Position numbers and translations under genes: made by a program. Shown piece by piece: positions 48,399-56,745 of a DNA stretch of 64,000 nt. Within the stretch, counting starts at the first letter, position 1, and each line of letters opens with the position of its first letter. Under the pieces are notes generated by a model. It saw only the letters and a program-made list of their open reading frames with translations. It was not told where the DNA came from and ran no database searches. This stretch comes from an uncultured bacterium (GTDB lineage: Bacteria; Babelota; Babeliae; Babelales; Babelaceae), in NCBI GenBank assembly GCA_963819815.1, contig CAWFXL010000001.1, positions 1,408,001-1,472,000 on the forward strand, read 5' to 3'.

Positions 48399-48941
48399 AT
48401 GAATAAGGCATATGGAATAATTTTAACGAGCCTTACTGTTATTAGTATCAGCATGCAGGCAAAGCAAGAATATGAGCTTGATCCGATAACAGCTGCTATT
48501 AAATGGTCTAATATAGCTCTGGTAAAAACAGAATGGAGAAGACTTGATAGTTCTATTGAGTCTTCAGAAGATAAGAAAGCTGTACTAAATACTCTTATAG
48601 ATATAGCAGCTCAGATAGCTGATAAGGCGGAAATCCCCTCAGTGGCTCCTAGCTGCAAAAGAAACTATTGGGCAGCGGTAGGGGGTATCCTCTTGAGCTC
48701 TTTTGGTAGTGGTATTTTTTTTGTTGGATTAGGGTATCATGGGCGAAATGAACATGCTGAATTGGCCTATTACCTTGTTGGGGGGGTCCCTTGGCAGAAA
48801 GGACTTAGGCTCATAGAAATTGGAGCAGGATGTGATGAAAATATCCAAGCGCCGACGGCCAATTGTGGCCGTTCGAAGGCTACAGTTATTTTGGCATACC
48901 TTGAAGATCTATTGCGGGATGTATCGAATAAAAAATCGTGA
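48399..48941 (+). CDS. Hairpin-array family member 5 (close paralogue of member 4)
   Basis: EYELDPITAAIK...WRRLDS; GRSKATVILAYLED. Confidence 0.78.
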   Translation: MNKAYGIILTSLTVISISMQAKQEYELDPITAAIKWSNIALVKTEWRRLDSSIESSEDKKAVLNTLIDIAAQIADKAEIPSVAPSCKRNYWAAVGGILLSSFGSGIFFVGLGYHGRNEHAELAYYLVGGVPWQKGLRLIEIGAGCDENIQAPTANCGRSKATVILAYLEDLLRDVSNKKS

Positions 48942-48963
48942 ATAGAGAAAGTGAGCACTCAAT

Positions 48964-49452
48964 ATGAAAAAACTCATGTATGTAGCTACGTTAGCTCTAG
49001 CTACCCAATGTTATGCAGAGATACATACGGAAAAGATAGAAGAAGCCATTGAGCAATCTTCACTTCCCCGAGTTAAATCTCTTCTTGGTAAAGTAGAACG
49101 TGGGGAAATGACTGCTAAAGCACGTAAAAAATTGTATATGAATTTTTATGATTTAGCTGTTGAAACTACCGAGAACCGTACGCAAAATCTCTCAATGGTG
49201 GGAAACTGGCGTGACATGCTAAGGACTGGACTAGGGGTAACAGGCCTACTTCTTAGTGGGCTTACAATGAGTTTCGGGACAGATCAGGGTGATGATATGC
49301 CTCGGTGGTTAGGCTTTGGTGTGCTTGGCGTATATTTCTTGTATAGAGGCATTGCGTGTAGTGCTCAAAAGGCCGAAATAGCCTCAGCAAAAAGCGTTGA
49401 AAAATATATTAAAGGGAAGCTTACTAAACTAGATGTGAGCTCTGATCTCTGA
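48964..49452 (+). CDS. Hairpin-array family member 6
   Basis: MKKLMYVATLALATQCYAE...EKIEEAIEQSSLPRVKSLL...GNWRD...GIACSAQKAE. Confidence 0.82.
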   Translation: MKKLMYVATLALATQCYAEIHTEKIEEAIEQSSLPRVKSLLGKVERGEMTAKARKKLYMNFYDLAVETTENRTQNLSMVGNWRDMLRTGLGVTGLLLSGLTMSFGTDQGDDMPRWLGFGVLGVYFLYRGIACSAQKAEIASAKSVEKYIKGKLTKLDVSSDL

Positions 49453-49477
49453 TAATCAACTAGAAAGGAATGCAATT

Positions 49478-50014
49478 ATGAAAAAACTCATGTATGTAGC
49501 TACGTTAGCTCTAGCTACCCAATGTTATGCAGAGATAAATACGGAAAAGATAGAAGAAGCCATTGAGCAATCTTCACTTCCCCGAGTTAAATCTCTTCTT
49601 GGCAGAGCAGATCTTGAGGAAATGACTGCCAAAGCACGTAAAAAATTGTATAGGGACTTCTATGATTTAGCGGTTGAAACTACCGAGAACCGTACGCAAA
49701 ATGTTTCAATCGTGGGAAACTGGCGCGACATACTTAAGACTGGTTCAGGGGTAGCAGCTCTTGTTCTAAGTGGGTTTGCAGGCTTAGGGAGTCTTGATAC
49801 AGATAATCAGGGTAGAATTACTGGTTTTAACAAGCTATGGCTCGGATCGTTAGGTCTTGGTGTGGCTAGCGTATATCTTTTGTATAAAGGTATCACGTGT
49901 AGTGCTCAGAAGGCTGAGGTAGCGGTAGCAAAAAGCATTGAAAAGTATATTAAGTCGAAGCTTAATAACTCCCATGCAAATGATGAGCTTGATGATAAAG
50001 AAGAAGGAAAATAA
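49478..50014 (+). CDS. Hairpin-array family member 7
   Basis: Near-identical N- and C-terminal blocks to members 6, 8 and 9. Confidence 0.82.
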   Translation: MKKLMYVATLALATQCYAEINTEKIEEAIEQSSLPRVKSLLGRADLEEMTAKARKKLYRDFYDLAVETTENRTQNVSIVGNWRDILKTGSGVAALVLSGFAGLGSLDTDNQGRITGFNKLWLGSLGLGVASVYLLYKGITCSAQKAEVAVAKSIEKYIKSKLNNSHANDELDDKEEGK

Positions 50015-50016
50015 GT

Positions 50017-50556
50017 ATGAAGAATCTTATGTATGTAGCGGCGTTAGCTCTAGTTACCCAATGTTATGCAGAGATAAATACAGAAAAGATAGAAGAAGCC
50101 ATTGAGCAATCTTCACTTTCCCGAGTTAAAGCTCTTCTTGGCAGGGCAGATCTTGAGGAAATGACCGTGAAGGCACGTAAGAAATTGTATAGAGACTTCT
50201 ATGATTTAGCTGTTGAAACTACGGAGAACCGTACGCAAAATGTTTCAATGGTGGGAAACTGGCGTGACATGCTCAAGACTGGCTCAGGGGTAGCAGCTCT
50301 TCTTCTAAGTGGGTTTGCAGGCTTATTCAGTCTTGATACAGATGATCAGGGTAGATTTACTGGTTTTGATAGGCGATGGCTATTCGGATCGGTAGGTCTT
50401 GGTGTAACTAGCGTATATCTTTTGTATAAAGGTATCACGTGTAGTGCTCAGAAGGCTGAGGTAGCGGTAGCAAAAAGCATTGAAAAGTATATTAAGTCGA
50501 AGCTGAATAATTCCCCTGCGAATGACGAGCTTGATGATAACGAAGAAGGAAAATAG
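50017..50556 (+). CDS. Hairpin-array family member 8
   Basis: Most recent duplicate of member 7. Confidence 0.82.
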   Translation: MKNLMYVAALALVTQCYAEINTEKIEEAIEQSSLSRVKALLGRADLEEMTVKARKKLYRDFYDLAVETTENRTQNVSMVGNWRDMLKTGSGVAALLLSGFAGLFSLDTDDQGRFTGFDRRWLFGSVGLGVTSVYLLYKGITCSAQKAEVAVAKSIEKYIKSKLNNSPANDELDDNEEGK

Positions 50557-50558
50557 TT

Positions 50559-51074
50559 ATGAAAAATCTTATGTATGTAGCGGCGTTAGCTCTAGCTACC
50601 CAATGTTATGCAGAAACAAATTCGGAAAAGATAGAAGAAGCCATTGAGCAATCTTCACTTCCCCGAGTTAAATCTCTTATGCGGGAAGCAGACAGCAATG
50701 AAATGACTGTCCAAGCACGTAAAAAGATGTATAAGAATTTTTACGATATGGCTGTTGAAACTACCGAGAACCTTACGCAGAATCTCTCAATAACGGGAAA
50801 TTGGCGTGATATGACAAAGGTCGGCTTAGGTGCAGCATCACTTCTTCTTGGTGGACTTCTAGCCTTAAGGAGTAGACATAGGGATAATGCCCATAGGGTG
50901 CATTATAATAGGCCTTCTCTCCTAGGATCGGCCGGTTTTTTGGGGTTTGGCGCATATCTTCTGTATCAAGGTGTCAAGTGTAGCTCTCAGAAGGCTTCTA
51001 TAGCGGTAGCAAAAAGTATTGAAAAATTTATGAAAAAGAAACTCACTAATCTGGATGTTGCTTCCGATCTTTGA
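50559..51074 (+). CDS. Hairpin-array family member 9
   Basis: Same scaffold; loop RSRHRDNAHRVHYNRP. Confidence 0.82.
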   Translation: MKNLMYVAALALATQCYAETNSEKIEEAIEQSSLPRVKSLMREADSNEMTVQARKKMYKNFYDMAVETTENLTQNLSITGNWRDMTKVGLGAASLLLGGLLALRSRHRDNAHRVHYNRPSLLGSAGFLGFGAYLLYQGVKCSSQKASIAVAKSIEKFMKKKLTNLDVASDL

Positions 51075-51104
51075 CAGCAAAGAAAGGAAAATAGAGGAAG
51101 AAAT

Positions 51105-51650
51105 ATGAAAAGACTTAGGGTTATAGGTGCTTTGGCTCTTACTACGCAAGGTTGCTTAGCAGTAGATATCGAAAGAATAGAAGATGCTATTAAGCAATCT
51201 TCACGTACCCAGGTTGAATCGCTTTTGAGTGAAATTGACCATGAAGAGATGACTCCAGAAGTACGTAAAGAGATGTATACGAATTTTTATGACTTAGCGA
51301 TAAAGACTACTGAGAGTCGCACTCAAAATCTCTCAATAGGGGGAAGTCGGTATGATCTGCTTAAGACTAGTTCGGGTATCGCCTTAGGTCTTCTTGCTGG
51401 GTTGAAGTTTTACGAGAGTTTTGGTAATCGCAATACCCGACTGCTGTACTCTGGTTTTCTAAGGGCCGGGTTCATCTTCAGGGTCGGAGATTGGGCACGT
51501 GTATTATCGTGCGGCTTTGGGATTCCAGCTCTCTATCTCTTATATAAGGGCATTACCTGCAGCACTCAGAAGGCAGAAATAGCCTCAGCAAAAACGATTG
51601 AAGAGCTTATTAAGGCGAAACTTAACGGGCTAGAGCCTGATCTTAAGTAG
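51105..51650 (+). CDS. Hairpin-array family member 10
   Basis: ERIEDAIKQSS...FYDLA...YKGITCSTQKAEIASAK. Confidence 0.8.
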   Translation: MKRLRVIGALALTTQGCLAVDIERIEDAIKQSSRTQVESLLSEIDHEEMTPEVRKEMYTNFYDLAIKTTESRTQNLSIGGSRYDLLKTSSGIALGLLAGLKFYESFGNRNTRLLYSGFLRAGFIFRVGDWARVLSCGFGIPALYLLYKGITCSTQKAEIASAKTIEELIKAKLNGLEPDLK

Positions 51651-51661
51651 GGAAGATTGAT

Positions 51662-52207
51662 ATGAAGAAACTATATGGTCTTATGTGGGCAGTTACTGCT
51701 CTTGGAAGTTACAGTTGGGCTGCGGTGCCGATTGAGCAACTAGAAGAAGCTATCACCCAATCTCGAGTAAGTCGAATCAAAGGCTTGCTGCATAAGGTAG
51801 GCAAAGAACAGATGTCTGAGCAAGCGCGGACGAAATTGCTGGGTAATCTCTATGATACGGCTGCGGAGCTTACTGATAAGCGCATCGACAGTAAATCTCT
51901 TATAGGCAGTTGGCGCGATATGACTAAGACTGTTTTTGGAACCATATGTTTTAGTGGTGGTATTATAGGGCTTGCTGTAGGTATTCAACATAGCACTAGT
52001 AATGATCAACGAATTGCAAACGCAAGCTATTATGGGAGAATTGGGAGCTGTGTACTTGCATCTTTAGGCGCCTATCTTTTTTATAAGGGCGTAACCTGCA
52101 GTTCGCAACAATATATGATAGATCAAGCAACTGAAGTAGAAGAATATATTGACAGTGTGCTTAATAATGCAGAGCTGCTGTTACTAGAAACCGCGGACAG
52201 TGAATAA
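51662..52207 (+). CDS. Hairpin-array family member 11
   Basis: EQLEEAITQS...GSWRDMTK...YKGVTCSSQ. Confidence 0.8.
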   Translation: MKKLYGLMWAVTALGSYSWAAVPIEQLEEAITQSRVSRIKGLLHKVGKEQMSEQARTKLLGNLYDTAAELTDKRIDSKSLIGSWRDMTKTVFGTICFSGGIIGLAVGIQHSTSNDQRIANASYYGRIGSCVLASLGAYLFYKGVTCSSQQYMIDQATEVEEYIDSVLNNAELLLLETADSE

Positions 52208-52223
52208 AGAAAGGCGATCTCAT

Positions 52224-52817
52224 ATGAACAAAATCTCTATCATTGTTTTGGTCAATATTGCGTTAGGTGCAACAACCTTCTGTGCATCTAAAACTGAATT
52301 AGAGAAGTTTGAAAAAGCTATCGTATCGGGCAGAACCGACAAGGTACGCTCATTGCTTAAGAACTATGAAAGCAAAAACCCTCCTGCAAAGGAACGGCAA
52401 GCTTTCGTAGAGAATCTTGCTCGAATAGCAAGCGATGTGGTGACCGATCATAAAGAAAGAATCTCGTTGCAAGGTAATATCAAAGATATTGTTACGTATG
52501 CAGATCGTGAAAAAGCCCAAGATTTAAGTCTCATCGGTCTTGGAGGAGCCCTTATTGCCCTCGGGTGCTGGTATGGAAAATCGGCATATACTCAGTATAT
52601 GAATAGTGCTCCTGGTGATCACGACGCGCGAAGCATCTATTATAAAGACCTTGTATTTAACGTTGGTATTGCATCTCTTGGGGGTATCTTTGGAGGCCTT
52701 CTTGCATATAGAGGGTATGCATGTACCATGCAAGAAAATGCGCTTAAAGCTGCTGAGAAAATCGAAACATTTCTTTTAGAATGTGCTGGTATCAACAAAG
52801 TAGATGACGAAGATTGA
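52224..52817 (+). CDS. Hairpin-array family member 12
   Basis: Signal; EKFEKAI...KVRSLL; YRGYACTMQ...AEKIETFL. Confidence 0.78.
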   Translation: MNKISIIVLVNIALGATTFCASKTELEKFEKAIVSGRTDKVRSLLKNYESKNPPAKERQAFVENLARIASDVVTDHKERISLQGNIKDIVTYADREKAQDLSLIGLGGALIALGCWYGKSAYTQYMNSAPGDHDARSIYYKDLVFNVGIASLGGIFGGLLAYRGYACTMQENALKAAEKIETFLLECAGINKVDDED

Positions 52818-52862
52818 TACTTTAGATACGAGAAAGCGATACGAAGTTTCTAGCGATCATAG

Positions 52863-52958
52863 TACTGTCAGGGATTGGCTTGTTCTTCGCAATATACTGA
52901 TATAGAGCGTGCACACGAGATCAAAAAGTTGTTTAAGCGAGATCTTGCCGCGAAATAG
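52863..52958 (+). pseudogene. 3' remnant of a further array gene
   Basis: Translates YCQGLACSSQYTDIERAHEIKKLFKRDLAAK*, matching the family C-terminus (Y.G..CS.Q...A..I); in-frame stop just upstream, no start. Confidence 0.7.
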
Positions 52959-53057
52959 AGTTGCGCTATAAGCTTGGGCTTTTGCTTCCTAGGTGATTTA
53001 GGTATACTCTAAAACTAGGTATAAGCAGTGAGAATCACATAGGTAAATGATGATACC

Positions 53058-54506
53058 ATGAATAAACGTAGTTTAGTTATTCTAGCTTTGCTTCTTGGAT
53101 CGAGTACTCTGCTTATGGCAAGCTCTGAAGAAGAAGCGCTGAGAAGGTTTAGACAATATGCTCAAGAAGGTGATCCTGTCTTGAGAGGGTCGAACCTTTT
53201 CAAGAGGCGCACTATTGATCCTGTGGCTGCCGCTGCAGAGAGGGAGGAGCTTAGGCGGATCCTTGATGAGATGAAGAATGATCCAACAGCTAATCCAAAG
53301 CATATACTTGCTGATATTGCGCATGAGCGTAAAATAGAAGATGAGGAAGCTGCTCAAAAAGATATTGATGATCTTAAATGGCAGAATACGCTTCTCGTTT
53401 CTGATCCTTCGGGTTTGGTGGGAATATATAAGGCAGATTTTATTAAGTCAGGATTACTCATAGCTTCTATTGTTGCCGATGTTAAGCTCTATAACGAGCT
53501 TACGCGTCGTCGAAAAGAACACATTATAGACGCAATACTTTCAGACATAGATATGTTTATTGCTCTGTTGAAGCGTGTGAACGAATCTGAAGCACGCTAT
53601 GACGAGCGTATGGCAAGCATGTCAGCATTTGCGCAAGTATTTACCGATCGAGAACGAGGTCATGATATCTTATTAAATCCACTGCGTAGGTATCTTGTTG
53701 AAAATCATACATTAGTAAAGGGATATATGCCTTTTACTAGTGAAACTATTGTCCCTTTAGTGGCGCGATGGGGTCTTGAAAAGGTATTTGATTGGCTAGA
53801 GAACAAATTACTGGTGAGTCCAAGAACACTAAGCTATAACAGACTACCCGGGCTTCAGGAACATTTTGATGCGTGGAGATTCGCCTATCAGCCAAATCAG
53901 GCAGGTCATCTAGTTCCTTTGAAGACTAATGTGTTAGAAATTACTGAAGGCTTAGGAATTGGTGTACCTTTTTCTTTCACAACCGCCCTCAAGACTTTGA
54001 TGATTATCGTAAGTCCGCTAAAGGCTCTTCAAAAGTTACTCTATCCTACTACATCTACTTGGTTGGGTGGGCTCTCGCTTGCTAACAAAGTTTCGGGTTT
54101 TGGGCTCCCAGACTTTTTATTTTCTGATACGGCCAAATTAGGTCTCGAGGTGGTTAGCATTGGATTTTCAGCAAAATATTATGATATGATTAATACCTCC
54201 AAGTGGGGTACCTATGTCCTTCAAAATAGAGATGAATTATTGGGTATTCTCTATAGATATCGAAGAGCGTTAGATAATGCATCGAGTGGTGAGGATGCTA
54301 TTGCTCAAGCTAAACAAAGGATACGCGACTTTGTGGAACAAGGGCATGAATCTAGGGGCTGGATTTCTGGAGCATCACTTGATTGGTGGAAAGTTCGAGC
54401 TGAAGGACGGGGATATGTTCACAAATGGCTGAGATACGGCGCTGCTACGCTCTTAGCGTTAAAGTTTGGGCACTGGTGGTTAACTGCAGAGCCAAAGCCG
54501 CAATAA
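53058..54506 (+). CDS. Hypothetical secreted/membrane protein (482 aa)
   Basis: Signal peptide, N-terminal coiled coil, several amphipathic/hydrophobic segments, hydrophobic C-terminus. Confidence 0.75.
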   Translation: MNKRSLVILALLLGSSTLLMASSEEEALRRFRQYAQEGDPVLRGSNLFKRRTIDPVAAAAEREELRRILDEMKNDPTANPKHILADIAHERKIEDEEAAQKDIDDLKWQNTLLVSDPSGLVGIYKADFIKSGLLIASIVADVKLYNELTRRRKEHIIDAILSDIDMFIALLKRVNESEARYDERMASMSAFAQVFTDRERGHDILLNPLRRYLVENHTLVKGYMPFTSETIVPLVARWGLEKVFDWLENKLLVSPRTLSYNRLPGLQEHFDAWRFAYQPNQAGHLVPLKTNVLEITEGLGIGVPFSFTTALKTLMIIVSPLKALQKLLYPTTSTWLGGLSLANKVSGFGLPDFLFSDTAKLGLEVVSIGFSAKYYDMINTSKWGTYVLQNRDELLGILYRYRRALDNASSGEDAIAQAKQRIRDFVEQGHESRGWISGASLDWWKVRAEGRGYVHKWLRYGAATLLALKFGHWWLTAEPKPQ

Positions 54507-54545
54507 GATAACTAGAGAAAAATGAATAGTGGAGGATACCATACT

Positions 54546-56174
54546 ATGAAAAGAAGCTTGAAAGTTTTAATAATCGGTGCTGCATTGTGCACGCTTACCC
54601 CCAACATGGCTCTAGCTGCTGACGCACTCGGCGGACTCATTGGAAGGCTTAAGGACTTGGCTACTAATCAAAAGGTAACCGATCTTGTCAAAAATGCATT
54701 TGATAAAGTTGGTGAAGGAGTGAAAAGTGTTCAAGACAGGGCTGCAGCTATAGAGACAGAGCGCCGGGAGGCGCATAGAAAGCTTAGAGATAATCTTTCT
54801 AAAAAGGCGAATGATCATACCCTGCAAAAATGGGAAAGAGAGGCTGCGCAAAAAGCATTATTGGATGAGGATGAACGGCATAGAGCGAATATGCAAAGGA
54901 ACGACGAAATTAGCCATGATGTTAAGAAAATGGCGGCGAACGCTGTTGGCAAGGCGGTGGATTATGGAATACAGGAAAGTTTTGCTATGGCAGCTCATAG
55001 CCGTAATCTCGAAGCGATAGCTCTTGAAGCGGCCCAAAAGCGTAAGGCGGCTGTGGAAAGTACCAAGGAGTACATCAAGGCTTTTACCGATCCTAAGAAC
55101 CTTACGAAGTTTGTTCTTGCTGCCGGCGGAGTGTTTGGTCTCTACTTCGGTCTTAAGCATGGTATTACCTATATTGCAGAGCAGTATAAAAAGCCAGAGC
55201 TTGCCGATTCTAATAAAACATCCTTAAAGTTTGGACCTCTCAACTTTTTTAAATCGTTGATTTATGGCACGATACAGGAAGATTCAGCTCTTTCAGATGT
55301 GATTTTAAAGCCTGAACTAGCTGAAGAGGTTAATGAGATTACTCAATCTCTTAAAAATATTGTGATGAATGGTGGCTATTTTGATAACTTGATGCTGTGG
55401 GGTCAGCCAGGTACTGGTAAAACCATGCTTGCCATGAGAATGGCCCGATCATGTGGTCTTGAATATATCTATTTTACGGCATCTAACTTAGAGACATTTA
55501 GCACCGAAGAGGCCTCTGCTCAGCTGGTACAGCTCTTTAGATATGCGCAAAATTCGCCGCGTAAGCTGATGATTATTATAGACGAGGCTGAAGCGCTTCT
55601 TGGAAGTCGTAGTAGGCCGGATATGACCGATAAGAAACGTACTCTTCTCAACCTTGTACTTGGCTATACGGGTACAGAAAGCCGTGACTATATGGTTACT
55701 GTGCTTACCAATAGGCCAGAAGATATCGATGAGGCGTTCCTCAGTAGGTGTGGTATGCGTATTCAAATTGGTGCACCGGATAAAACTGAACTGCGCGCGA
55801 TTCTTAAATCATACGTTGAAAAGATGTTGTTCAATGCATCGAACTTGAAGCCTGAGAAACCTTCATTCCTCAGTCCGAAATTCTGGTTTGGTAAGACTGA
55901 GAAGATAACTCCACCGACGATAGAAGAAGGAGCTCTCTCTGAAGAGGCTCTTGATACTCTAGCCGAAAAACTCAATGGTTTTGTTGGACGTGATATTTCT
56001 AAGCTTGTCTTTAGAATTCAAGGTTCAGCATTTACCACCGAAGATCATAAGATCACCGCTGCCTTGATTAATAAGGCTGTTGATAGAATGCTTAAAGAGC
56101 GTGCGGCAGAAAAAGGTGGATTTATTCGGGAAGGAACGAATAAGGGTGCTCCCAAGGCTGTAGCTGCTGCTTAG
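54546..56174 (+). CDS. ATAD3-like AAA+ ATPase with signal peptide
   Basis: GGAGGA RBS; coiled coil, TM helix, KPEL...TS, LSDVILKPEL, GQPGTGKT, IIIDEAEALL, TNRPEDID. Confidence 0.85.
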   Translation: MKRSLKVLIIGAALCTLTPNMALAADALGGLIGRLKDLATNQKVTDLVKNAFDKVGEGVKSVQDRAAAIETERREAHRKLRDNLSKKANDHTLQKWEREAAQKALLDEDERHRANMQRNDEISHDVKKMAANAVGKAVDYGIQESFAMAAHSRNLEAIALEAAQKRKAAVESTKEYIKAFTDPKNLTKFVLAAGGVFGLYFGLKHGITYIAEQYKKPELADSNKTSLKFGPLNFFKSLIYGTIQEDSALSDVILKPELAEEVNEITQSLKNIVMNGGYFDNLMLWGQPGTGKTMLAMRMARSCGLEYIYFTASNLETFSTEEASAQLVQLFRYAQNSPRKLMIIIDEAEALLGSRSRPDMTDKKRTLLNLVLGYTGTESRDYMVTVLTNRPEDIDEAFLSRCGMRIQIGAPDKTELRAILKSYVEKMLFNASNLKPEKPSFLSPKFWFGKTEKITPPTIEEGALSEEALDTLAEKLNGFVGRDISKLVFRIQGSAFTTEDHKITAALINKAVDRMLKERAAEKGGFIREGTNKGAPKAVAAA

Positions 56175-56246
56175 AAAGAAAGCAGTGCAGGATGAATAAA
56201 GGCTCTCATGACTGAATTCATCCTCTAAGGTAATTTCTCATACATA

Positions 56247-56284
56247 ACCGATGTCGCGAAATTATCCGCGGCATCGGTCTTTTT
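56247..56284 (+). terminator. Rho-independent terminator
   Basis: ACCGATGTCGCG-N8-CGCGGCATCGGT followed by CTTTTT. Confidence 0.75.
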
Positions 56285-56399
56285 GAAAAAAAGGGTAGGA
56301 ACTCTTGCATCTCGGTATAAAAACCGGGTACCCTTTCATATAAGGACCTTCTTTTCGAAGAAGAGGTGCTGAAAAAAGGAATAAAAGGGTATAAGCGTA

Positions 56400-56666
56400 A
56401 TGAACAAATGTTTAAAAATTACCTTAACGGTTGATCGTATGGAAGGCTTTTTGCATACTATTGTGCAATCTAAGGCCAGAAAGTGTGATCTAGAAGGTGT
56501 TGTTCAGCCAGTGAATGATTCGCAGATACGGATTATCGTCTGCGGAGAAAAAGAAAACGTTGATACCTTTGTCGATCTCTTGCAAAGAGAGGCAATTAAA
56601 GATGTTGAGATAGAACCTTTTGTGAAAGATAAAGATTACCGTGGGGTATTTCGGGTCATAGAATAA
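56400..56666 (+). CDS. Acylphosphatase-like protein (divergent)
   Basis: A...LEGVV...V.I..CGEKENVDTF and FRVI end; canonical GRVQGVGFR is degenerate. Confidence 0.65.
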   Translation: MNKCLKITLTVDRMEGFLHTIVQSKARKCDLEGVVQPVNDSQIRIIVCGEKENVDTFVDLLQREAIKDVEIEPFVKDKDYRGVFRVIE

Positions 56667-56745
56667 TCTGCAGCACTTATATTTTCGTGTATACTTAGGA
56701 CAACGGGGAAAAAATAGATCGTCTTAGGTATCACGCTAGCAGATC

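Noticed and set aside
48964..51074. Diversity-generating retroelement acting on the array
   Set aside because: Differences between copies are not adenine-restricted, include indels, and no reverse transcriptase is in the window
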